Shown here in pieces: positions 54,839 through 63,847 of a DNA stretch of 63,847 nt (position 1 is the stretch's first letter; each line of letters starts with the position of its first letter). Under the pieces are notes generated by a model. The model saw only the letters and a program-made list of their open reading frames with translations, did not search any database and was not told where the DNA came from. The DNA comes from Thecamonas trahens ATCC 50062. Taxonomy: Eukaryota; Protista; Apusomonadida. A program made the position numbers and the translations under genes. The DNA lies in contig NW_013657655.1 in assembly GCF_000142905.1 (NCBI RefSeq), positions 1-63,847 on the forward strand, given 5' to 3'.

Positions 54839-55466
54839 GCCTGCCCTGGTCGCCACCGAACGTCTTGACCAGCGACAAAGACGCGAAAAAGCGTTCAGGT
54901 CTTACGATGCGTCTGACAACCGCGAGATGAGGTGCGATGCTGTACAGCGCGCCATCCTCGACTCCACTCCTCCGTTTCGTCGCCACCCTGCACACGCCTA
55001 TCAAGACGATGGAGCGTGAGATTGCGATGCAGGCCAAGGCCCAAGCTAAGGCCATCTCCGACATGATGTCACTCATCAACAGACGAGAGGAGAGAATGAT
55101 GGAGATCTTGGGCATGATCATGGCTTGATGTACAGAATACACCACTTTACCACACCACCGCCCTCATCTGCATCCCCTCCCCCCCTCTCTCCCCCCCAAT
55201 CCCATCCCCGATTCCATCCCCTTTCTCATCCCCATCCCCTTCCCCATCCCCTCCCGCCGATCATTCCCATTCCCATCCCTTATCCGCCCAGTATCAACCC
55301 CCATCCCCATCTCCATCCTCATCCTCCCCTTGCCCCTCCCCCGATCAGCCTCCCCCCCTCCCCTCCCTCCAACCAAAACGCCCCATCACCCAACCATCCC
55401 CCATCCACCACCACTCCACGCCCACCCCAGCCACCCCCTCCCTCCCCCCCCCCCACACACATCACC

Positions 55467-58277
55467 ATGGTCAAGTCATACCTGCGGTACCGCCGTGAGC
55501 AAGTGCTTGGACTTGTGCATGCTTCACCGTCACCCCACTCTATTGGATACATTCCAGAGAGTAAGCAGGGAGAGAGTCGGCGGGCCGTCTCGGCAGCCTT
55601 GGAACAGATCCTGGTTTGGGACATCCGACGTGGTAGCCTCGAAGGTAGCCTCGGAGGTGGCGAGAGCAATGTGGAAGTTGAAGTCACTTCTTTGATTCTC
55701 TCATCAGATGCTTCTGCTGTCTTTGCGGGTTATGCTGATGGTTCTCTTAGAGTTTGGGATTTGGCCTCGGCTTCTGTTCTCCTTACCTTTAATGGTCACA
55801 AGTCGGCGACAACTTGCCTCGCAGAGGGTCAAGGCTCTTCTGGCTCGCTTCTCCTCGCTTCGGGTTCAAAGGATACTGACATCATTGTTTGGGATGTCGT
55901 CGGTGAGGAAGGTCTCTACCGTCTTCGCGGTCACAAGGACATGATCACCGCTGTGGCTCTTCTCTCCTCCTCTCCCCGCCTCGTTTCGGCCTCCAAGGAC
56001 TCGCTCGTCAAGGTCTGGGATCTCGAGTCTCAGTCTTGCATCCAGACCCTGGTCGGACATCGTGCTCAGGTCTGGTCGCTCACCTTTTCTCCCGACGAGT
56101 CGCGTATGATCTCCGGGGCTGTCGATGCCTGCCTCCGCGTCTGGGATGCTGCGCCCATGGCCGAAGGCGGCGAGCTCGGATACATGGGCCGCATCGATCG
56201 CGCCTCGACCGACCGTGTCCTCGACCTCTCCTACGGCTACGGCGGCAAGCTCGTCCTCGCCGTCACCGCAGAGAAGATGCTTGAGATCTTCCGCGTCCGC
56301 GACCCGGTCGCTGTCGAGAAGAAGATTGCCCGCCGGCTCCGCCGCCGCCGCGAAAAGGCGACCAAGGCCGCAAAGGCCAAGGCCGCCCTCGCCGAGGCCG
56401 CCACCGTCATGATGGTCGAGGGCGCTGAGGCCGAGGCCGCCGCATCCGCCACTGAGACCGATCCGGAGCTGCGCATGCTGGACGGCCGCGACCCGGAGCT
56501 GCCCATGGGCTCGGACGAGATTGCGTCGCTGCTGACCATCCGGCTGGCCGCCAAGGTCCGCTCAGCCTCGTTTGCGCCGCCGCCGCCGTCGGCTGCCGGC
56601 GCCTCGGGCCTCCCGCCCTCATTCTCGGTCCTCGTCGCTCTCGCCAACAACTCGCTTGAGGAGTACCGCGTCGACCTGACCTTTAAGGAGCTCTCCGACG
56701 CCGCAAAGCTGGTCCCGGGCGTCCAGCCGGGCGTCGCCTCTGCCGCCTACACCCGCACCGGCCACGTCGCCCGCGCCGCGCACGCCACTGATATCCGTGC
56801 CCTCTCCCTCTCCCGCAACGACGACATGCTCGCCTCGGGCTCCGCCGATGCCATCAAGGTCTGGAACATGTCCACATTTGAGGTCATCCGCGACCTGCCA
56901 GCCACCCAGGTCCTCGCCCTCGCCTTTGTCCCGGGCGACCGCCATCTCCTCGCCGGCACCAAGGACGGCGGCCTCCTCATCTTTGACCTCCGCACCGCTG
57001 CCCTCATCGACGCCATCCAGGCTCATGAAGGCGCCGTCTGGGCCATCCGCATCCACCCCTCAGGCAACCGCCTCGTCACCGCCTCGGCAGACGCAGAGCT
57101 CAAGTGCTGGGACTTTGAGCTCGCAGGCACCGGCCTCGGCCTCGTCCACACCCGCACCCTCAAGATGACCGACGACGTTCTCGGCGTCGTCTACTCGGGC
57201 GATGGCAAGACCCTCGCCGTTGCCCTCCTCGACGCTACCGTCAAGCTCTTCTTTGAGGACTCGCTCAAGTTCATGCTCTCGCTCTACGGCCACAAGCTGC
57301 CCGTTCTCTCGCTCGACTTTTCGTCCGACGGCGAGCTCATCGCCACAGGCTCGGCCGACAAAAACATCAAGCTCTGGGGCGCGGCCTTTGGCGACTGCCA
57401 CAAGTCCATCTTTGCCCACGACGACTCGGTCATGCAGGTCGCCTTTGTCCGCCGTACCCACTACCTCTTCTCCGTCGGCAAGGACGGCCTCATCAAGTAC
57501 TGGGACGCCGACACCTACGACTGCATCCAGATCCTCCGCGGCCACCACGCCGAGGTCTGGACCCTCGCCCTCTCGCGCCTCGGCGACGTCCTTGTCACAG
57601 GCTCGCACGACAAGTCGCTCCGCGTCTGGCGCCGCACAGAGGAGCAGCTCTTCCTCGAGGAGGAGCGCGAGGCCGAGGCCGAGCTCGAGCTCGCCTCGGA
57701 CCTCGCCAAGGATGCCCATCGTGAGGCAAAGGCCACCGAGGACTCCTCTGCCGCCTACGCCGGAAAGGCCACCCTTGCATCCGTCAAGGACGGTGAGCGC
57801 CTGCTCGAGGCCGTCGACCTCGCCGTCGCAGAGTCGTACAAGTTTGTCAACCCGGATAAGCCGACCGAGCAGCCGTCGCCGCTCCTCCTTGGCCTCACCC
57901 CATCCGCCTACCTCCTCCGCGCCCTCGCCTCCATCCCGCACGCCCACCTCGAGGAGGCGCTCATGGTCATGCCCTTCTCTGCCGTCATGCACGTCCTCCA
58001 CTTTCTTGAGGCCTGGATCGTCCAGGGCTCCCGCCTCGAGCTCTGCTGCCGCACTCTCAACTTTCTGCTTGTCACCCATCGCAACCAGATCGCTGCCAAC
58101 TCATCGCTCCTCCTCCTTGTCCGCAAGCTCAAGTCGCTTGTTGACGAGCGCCTCCGCGCTCTCCGCGACACCGTTGGCTTCAACCTCGCCGCCATCTCGG
58201 TTCTCCAGGCAAAGCTCGCAGACGCCAAGACCGTCTCCTTTGCCAAGGTCGACACCGCCGCCATGGACGACAACTAG
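55467..58277 (+). CDS. WDR3: WD-repeat U3 snoRNA-associated protein Utp12/Dip2
   Basis: MVKSYLRY; FNGHKSA; SGSKDTDIIVWDVVGEEGLYRLRGHKD; SLYGHKLPVL; FGDCHKSIFAHDDSVM; C-terminal Utp12 domain GFNLA. Confidence 0.97.
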   Translation: MVKSYLRYRREQVLGLVHASPSPHSIGYIPESKQGESRRAVSAALEQILVWDIRRGSLEGSLGGGESNVEVEVTSLILSSDASAVFAGYADGSLRVWDLASASVLLTFNGHKSATTCLAEGQGSSGSLLLASGSKDTDIIVWDVVGEEGLYRLRGHKDMITAVALLSSSPRLVSASKDSLVKVWDLESQSCIQTLVGHRAQVWSLTFSPDESRMISGAVDACLRVWDAAPMAEGGELGYMGRIDRASTDRVLDLSYGYGGKLVLAVTAEKMLEIFRVRDPVAVEKKIARRLRRRREKATKAAKAKAALAEAATVMMVEGAEAEAAASATETDPELRMLDGRDPELPMGSDEIASLLTIRLAAKVRSASFAPPPPSAAGASGLPPSFSVLVALANNSLEEYRVDLTFKELSDAAKLVPGVQPGVASAAYTRTGHVARAAHATDIRALSLSRNDDMLASGSADAIKVWNMSTFEVIRDLPATQVLALAFVPGDRHLLAGTKDGGLLIFDLRTAALIDAIQAHEGAVWAIRIHPSGNRLVTASADAELKCWDFELAGTGLGLVHTRTLKMTDDVLGVVYSGDGKTLAVALLDATVKLFFEDSLKFMLSLYGHKLPVLSLDFSSDGELIATGSADKNIKLWGAAFGDCHKSIFAHDDSVMQVAFVRRTHYLFSVGKDGLIKYWDADTYDCIQILRGHHAEVWTLALSRLGDVLVTGSHDKSLRVWRRTEEQLFLEEEREAEAELELASDLAKDAHREAKATEDSSAAYAGKATLASVKDGERLLEAVDLAVAESYKFVNPDKPTEQPSPLLLGLTPSAYLLRALASIPHAHLEEALMVMPFSAVMHVLHFLEAWIVQGSRLELCCRTLNFLLVTHRNQIAANSSLLLLVRKLKSLVDERLRALRDTVGFNLAAISVLQAKLADAKTVSFAKVDTAAMDDN

Positions 58278-58671
58278 CCGGGCCCACATCAAACGCAGAT
58301 CAACTGGCGGCGTAGCACACACACACACACTCTCTCACACACACACGCACAAACGCACCCCATCGCCCAGCTCAGCCTCCTGGAGCTGCACAACATCGCG
58401 CTCGTGCGACGAAAACGCTCAACCCGCCGTCACTAGCCTCAGGCTCATTCTACGCCGCCCTGTGTCGCGGCGTGGCTTTGACCTCCTTGACCTCGCTCAA
58501 CATCAGCACCGCCTTTGGCTACCAGCCACTTGTCCCACAATCGGGCGATCCTTCCGCGTAGCGAGGTGCCCTAGCTTGGCAACTCGGTTGTCAGCAGCGC
58601 CGTAAAAAAACGCAGAACAACGCCGGGCAAGTTGCCCTCGCTCGCTTCCCCGAGTCTGCCAAGCGGTGGCG

Positions 58672-60975
58672 ATGACGAGCGAACCGGGTGGAGGCCAAGA
58701 GGATACGGCACACGACTTGGGAAAGAGCATGGAGTGCCCTACGTGCGGCAAGTACATTCCCAGCTCGTCACAGGTTCTCCATTCTGTTCATTGCGCCAGG
58801 AGAGCCTTTGGTTTGGTGCCCGGCGAGTCGGGGACGAGCGAGCAAGTCGCGGCTGCGAGTTCGGCGGCGTCGGGAGCGTCGGCGGGAGGAAGCGGAGGCA
58901 GCAGCGAATTACGACCTTTTTCGGACGGATCTTTTTCAGCAAGAACCACGACAGGATCAAGCCGCTGTGATTGGTGTGGACGGACGGAGAGCTTGGGACA
59001 TGGACCGCAGTGTGCGCTCGCTCTGAGAGAGTGTGTCTATTGCAGTCTCCCTCTGAGGCTCGACGCGCTTGTTGCCCATGAGCCAGTATGCGGCGCGCGG
59101 ACGGATGTCTGTCTGGCCTGTGGCAACTACGTCCGCCTGTTTGAGTGGGATGCCCATCAGCGGGAGCATGCTGCCGAATCTGGCGAGAATGACGAGCATG
59201 ATGGTGCTGGCGAGGCTCTGGCTGAGGTTGAGGCTGAGGCTGCCGCGCCGATAGCTCTACACGCGGGTGACGAGGCCGAGCTGCGGCTCGCTGTTGTGGA
59301 CACAGTGCTTGATGCAGTCGGCATCGACCTCAACCAGGTATCGGACGAGTGCCGGACGGTGCTGAGCGGACTGAGCAGCGGCGGAAAGGCCGAGGTAGCG
59401 GCGGCCAAAGCTTTTGTCGTCGACAGCCTCTCTGTCCGCATCCGAGTCAACCCGTTTGCCGGCTTTGCCGACACTGGTACTTTTGCGGTCCAGCTTGCGA
59501 TGTGGATTCGGTACTCAACGCAGGCTGCACTGACTCGTGGAGCGCGATCGCTACTTGCAATGCTGTTGGACTCGCTGCCGGCGCGCAGTGAGGTGAGCCA
59601 CATCAATGCGCCTGGCCTGGTCTCGTTCCCGTCGACGATTGTGCACGTGCTCCTCGACGTCGTCCTCCCGCTCCTGCTCGACCGCACCTTTGAGCTCGCT
59701 GGTGCGCCGGCGCGGTTTCGGCAGGCTTCATTCATGGCGCCTGCGGCCGAGCCGGAGATCGAACCGGCCGACGCCGCCGCGGCAACCGCACGCAAGATCG
59801 CGGCTGCCGTTGCAGCCGCTCATCGCCCGCAGTGGCTAGCGCGGCTGGCTCTTGTCTCGCTGCAGAACCAAGTGCTTGTGCTGGAGCATGCACGCGACAG
59901 CAGTAGCCCAGCGTTGGATCCGGTGGTGGCAAGCCTGGTTACTGGTCACAAGGCTGCGATTGAGAGCGCGGTTGAGGACTTGGAACTTGTAGCGCGGAGT
60001 CTAGTCCCGCTCCTTGGTCCGCACCATGTTCCAGGCTCGCGGCTTTGTGTGGCGTCGCTGGTAGCATCCCTTGGATATGCTTGCGCGATGCCGAGCCTTC
60101 CGCTGGGCGTGGCGCTCTCTGAAGTCCTCGCACACGTGCTGGCGGCGTATCCGTCGTTTGCGGCGCAGTACATGTCGCAGTGGCTGGAAGCGTTGGCGGA
60201 GCATAACGATGTGTGCCAGAGCCTGCAGGGCTCGCTCTCGCTGAGCTCGCTGACGGGTGCGTACCAGGTCCAGCGGGTGCTGAGCAGCGTGCGGCTGGCG
60301 GCGCGGATGGTGTGGCTCAACCCGCACATGCTGCGGACGCGGGCGCATCTGATGCACATGGTGCGGACGGCCGAGGCGGCGGTGGCAGCACTGGCGATGG
60401 CAGCTGAGCGCGAGCCAGCGCTGGGGCTTTGGCGCGATGAGGCAGTGGGCGCGTTTGACGGCCTCATGCGTGGTGTGCCGCTCTTTCTCTACGCCAAGGA
60501 CGTGCCATACTTGTCGGGATGCGGCGAGATGGCGGCGATTTTGGAGCTGTCGTCGCCGGCGGCGCAGGCTGTTGTGGCAAAACGCATCCTCACTGTGGTG
60601 GGTGCTACAAGCGACGACGGCCCGCGGTACGGCTCGCTCCACACTTCGCTGGTTGTCCTGCACCTCATGGTGCGATTGATGGGCCTCGACGACCATCCGC
60701 CCGAGCTGGAGAGCAAGTACCTCGAGTTTGCACTGTGGGCGACGGGACTGGTGTGCACCCAGCTCCACGAGGCGCCGCCGGTGTGGATGAGTGCTGCGTC
60801 GCCGCTCATCCACTCGGTTCTCGGCAGCATCTTTGTTCATCCTGCCTTTACTTTGCGGCTCTCGGGCGCCGAGGCGAGCTTCATGGCCGAGGTCCTCGGC
60901 GGGCAGCCGCCGCCGCTCGCCGCGCTCGCCGATGCGCTCCCCGCCACTGAGCTGCCGGCCGGCAACGATGGATAG
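58672..60975 (+). CDS. TRAF-type zinc finger (XAF1/TRAFD1-like) N-terminus plus unknown helical domain
   Basis: CPTC...LHSVHCAR; CVYC...HEPVCGARTDVCLACGNYV...H. Confidence 0.7.
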   Translation: MTSEPGGGQEDTAHDLGKSMECPTCGKYIPSSSQVLHSVHCARRAFGLVPGESGTSEQVAAASSAASGASAGGSGGSSELRPFSDGSFSARTTTGSSRCDWCGRTESLGHGPQCALALRECVYCSLPLRLDALVAHEPVCGARTDVCLACGNYVRLFEWDAHQREHAAESGENDEHDGAGEALAEVEAEAAAPIALHAGDEAELRLAVVDTVLDAVGIDLNQVSDECRTVLSGLSSGGKAEVAAAKAFVVDSLSVRIRVNPFAGFADTGTFAVQLAMWIRYSTQAALTRGARSLLAMLLDSLPARSEVSHINAPGLVSFPSTIVHVLLDVVLPLLLDRTFELAGAPARFRQASFMAPAAEPEIEPADAAAATARKIAAAVAAAHRPQWLARLALVSLQNQVLVLEHARDSSSPALDPVVASLVTGHKAAIESAVEDLELVARSLVPLLGPHHVPGSRLCVASLVASLGYACAMPSLPLGVALSEVLAHVLAAYPSFAAQYMSQWLEALAEHNDVCQSLQGSLSLSSLTGAYQVQRVLSSVRLAARMVWLNPHMLRTRAHLMHMVRTAEAAVAALAMAAEREPALGLWRDEAVGAFDGLMRGVPLFLYAKDVPYLSGCGEMAAILELSSPAAQAVVAKRILTVVGATSDDGPRYGSLHTSLVVLHLMVRLMGLDDHPPELESKYLEFALWATGLVCTQLHEAPPVWMSAASPLIHSVLGSIFVHPAFTLRLSGAEASFMAEVLGGQPPPLAALADALPATELPAGNDG

Positions 60976-60992
60976 TGCGCGGGGAGGGGGGG

Positions 60993-61881
60993 TCATGCGT
61001 TGAGGGCGGCGAAAAAGTCGTCCTCGGTCATGTCGCTGGAAGCCAGAGCCGGAGCCGGGGCCGGAGCCGAGGCGGCGGCAGAGGCAAAGGCTGAAAACTG
61101 TACCGCAGCGGGCGAGGCCGATGACAGCGGCGGCACGGTGGCGGTTGTCGGGCTCGGAGTCGGGCCTCCAAAGAGGTCCAAGAGCGAGCTGGGCATGGCC
61201 GGCTGGCTTGGAGCAGCTGGTTGGCGAGCGGGCGGAGCGGTCGAGTGCGGCTCTGCGGCGCGGTCCTGAGCGACATCGGCGAGCGAGAGAGCAGCCAGAT
61301 CCAGAAGCGTACCGGTGGAAGAAGAACTCCTCAGCGAGCCCTTTGAGTTTGAGTGCTTGAGCCTCAACGAGCCCGAGGGCGAGGAGTTAGCCGATGGAGG
61401 CTTGACAGCCAGGGGAGCCGGGGTAGACGAGGTGAAGCCCGGCGCATCTCTGGCAGTCGCTGTGATAGCCTTTGCCGCCGCCAGAGCCTTTTCCCCCGAC
61501 AAAGAAGAAGATCGCCTTGGCCTTTGAAGACGACGTTTGAGCGCGAGGCCACGGACAGGAACAGCAGCTTGCATGTCAAGAAACGCTGTTGGTACCAGAC
61601 CTTCCTTGCCCGACTCCAACAACCGACACAGACTCCAACCTCTTCCCACATTCCGATCCACTACCACCACACATGCTCCTGCTGACACGCTCATCTCGCC
61701 TACGTTCTCCTCTTGGAACTCCTCCAGCACAGGCACCTACTTCCACACCACGGGGAGGGTGGGGGGTGAGGGGGTGTGGGTGGGGTGGGGTGGGGGGAGG
61801 GGGGGGGGGGGGCGGGGGTATGACAGGAGGGGGGGAGGGAGGGAGAGGACGTACCTCGACAAGGCGGGAGGCGTCTGCCAT
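60993..61881 (-). CDS. SH3-domain protein; exons 61855-61881 and 60993-61736
   Basis: VLEEFQEENVGEMSVSAG...GWSLC...GKEGLVPTAFL. GT-AG intron at 61854-61737. Confidence 0.85.
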
Positions 61882-62196
61882 AGTGGTGAAGGGGTAGGAG
61901 GGTGGAGTGGAGTGGAGTGGTAGTGGTCGTGGTCGTGGTCGTGGTGTGTTGTGTGCCCGGTGTGGTGTGTCGCTTTTCGGCGGAACGAATACAGGGACAA
62001 CGTGCGGTGCGGGGCGGTGCGGTGCGGTGCTGTGCGTTGGACGGGCGAAATGGGTTTGGTGGTTGTGGTGGCGGTGAGGTGGCGGAGGGAGTGCGAGGCG
62101 ATCGATGAATGGGTGTGGTGGCGGTGCAATGGCGGTGAGGTGACGGAGAGAGTGCGAGGGCTGATAAGTCGATGGGCCGAAGAGCAGGCCAGTGAG

Positions 62197-63060
62197 TCAC
62201 AGCGCAGGCTCGGGCGAGGGCGAGATGATAGGGGCCACATCGGAGGAGAGGACCGACATGGCGAGCTCATAGGCGGCAAACGTAGCGGCGTTGACGGGAA
62301 AGGCGCGGATGAGGGTGGTGCCGAGGCCGCGGTAGAAGGCCTTGAATCCGCCGCGTCGGTAGAGGGTGGCAGCGACCGAGGCGATGCGCGAGTCGGCGGT
62401 ACCTGGCGGGAGGTGGCCCATGGCCTGGACCCGCGACTTGATGATGTCGACCGGGTACGAGATGGTCCAGCCGACGCAGCCGGCGACGCCACCGGCCGTC
62501 AGTTGGCCTAGCGCGCCCACCTCAGCCGACGACGGCGTCCCGGTCAGGGCTGCCCACCGCGCTTGCTTCCCTCGTACGAGGCAAAGTACACACCGTAGAA
62601 CGCCATCTCGCGGAGCGCAGTCACCGTCCACCCGTGGGTGATGCCCAACGGACGGGCACCCGAGTCGACCACAAGCTTGAACGTCGAGTAGTACGAGCCC
62701 GTTCCGCGGTTCACCTGCATCACCGTTTTGATCAGCTCGGTAGGCGAGGTGACCAACGAGACCGGGAGCGCCGTCCCGGCCCCAGACAGCCACAGCATGC
62801 CAAGCGGCGTGGTCGACTCGTCGTCTTTGAGCCCGAGCAGGACTTTGATGTACTCGTTCGACGCAAAGGCCACAGAGTTCTCCATCATCGCTCCGGCGAG
62901 CGGCGCGTAAACGCCGCGGAAGAGGCCCACCACGCCCTCTTCGGCCACAATCTGCCGGAGCAGCGAGACAATACCCGGCCGCACCCCAGCCCCGGCTTCC
63001 TCACTCGCCGTCTGCATCAGCACTCGGATCGTGTCGAGCGGAAAGCCGACAAAGTTGGCA
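62197..63060 (-). CDS. Mitochondrial carrier (SLC25, carnitine/basic amino acid carrier-like); frameshift near 62560, 5' end uncertain
   Basis: Three PX[DE]XX[KR] repeats: PLDTIR, PTELIK, PVDIIKSRVQ. Also GLFRG, AFYRGLGTTLIRAFPVNAATF. Confidence 0.9.
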
Positions 63061-63847
63061 GTAGCTGTTCTCCCCTCCGTTCATTCCACGGTCAATTGAA
63101 CGTGCGACAGTGAGTAGTTGACCGACGCTCCACACCGCTCGCATCTACTGTCGGACGAACATGATCTTGGTATGTACACGTAGCGCATGCTTTGTGCAAT
63201 GTAACCATGTCTCGGAAATCATTGCCGCATGGCTTCAGCACGTTGCAGGGGCGCTGCAAAGCCAGAAGGAGAGCGTGGCCAAAAAGGTGTTCATTCCCGC
63301 CAAAATTGGCACGCCGCCCGCTCTGCCCGCACCTGCCAGAGGAGGATGGTCAAGGGGAGGGGGGGGGGAGGGGGGCATGAGGTGTCACGACTTGAACGTA
63401 CCGCCAGAAAACGAGCCAGCAACAAAGGACTTCCAATCTGGGAGGAAGCTGACCTGGTCACATCCCTCTTCTCCGCTCGGTGGCGTGGCCATGGCTCCGC
63501 TCAGAGCGCCGAGTTGAGTGCGACGAGGGATGTCGTCGGCGGGCCGGCCAAACGCCAGCCAAGTTGGACCATGAGCCTGCCACCTCTGCCAGCCTTTTCT
63601 TTTGTCAACCTATCTTTTTTTGCCACGGGCGTGAGCTGGAGTGGGCGCGACAGAAGTCGCCGTCGTGAACACGGTGGCGGCGGGGGCGGGAGAAGGGGGG
63701 GGGGGGTGATGCCGAAAGGTTTTCGTTATTCTCAGCATGTCGATGTGGGGGAAGTGAAGGATGGAGAGACACTCCTCCCCCGCACCGAGAGGAGAAAGTG
63801 CAACTGGGGTCCGGCCGAAGTTAACTAGCAGTCCGACCCCCCCCCTA

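Noticed and set aside
54937-55128. Short Met-rich coiled-coil-like ORF between the TIR gene and WDR3
   Set aside because: Too short, no ATG-supported start context or recognisable motif.

Overview
GC-rich, intron-poor eukaryotic (protist) nuclear DNA with a 497-N gap at 45216-45712. The F-box/'LLADPRVD' ankyrin gene and the composition suggest an apusomonad such as Thecamonas, but this is inference only. The left half (1-30 kb) is accessory and mosaic. It holds a young Ty3/gypsy LTR retrotransposon with very short LTRs and no tRNA primer-binding site, an adjacent 98-bp solo LTR with a 4-bp TSD, and a decayed MULE transposase. It also holds a glycan gene group (GT10 fucosyltransferase head-to-head with GMD, then GT61, DUF3405-like and DUF3431-like genes). 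A patchwork island at about 15.2-23.4 kb carries a histone H4 fragment, a truncated aspartate aminotransferase, orphan ORFs, a 200-bp duplicated upstream cassette and an ORF that reads like an HK97-type viral portal protein (candidate endogenous mirusvirus/Duplodnaviria fragment). The right half is mostly housekeeping: a divergent pair of ABCA half-transporters, a divergent eIF5A, a USP47/40-like DUB, a CUB membrane protein, NPRL3, RPN1, a GNAT-ARM-TIR fusion, WDR3/DIP2, a TRAF-ZnF protein, an SH3 protein and an SLC25 carrier. Several frameshifts sit in short homopolymers and are probably sequencing errors. All family calls come from motif recognition by eye; no database search was run.
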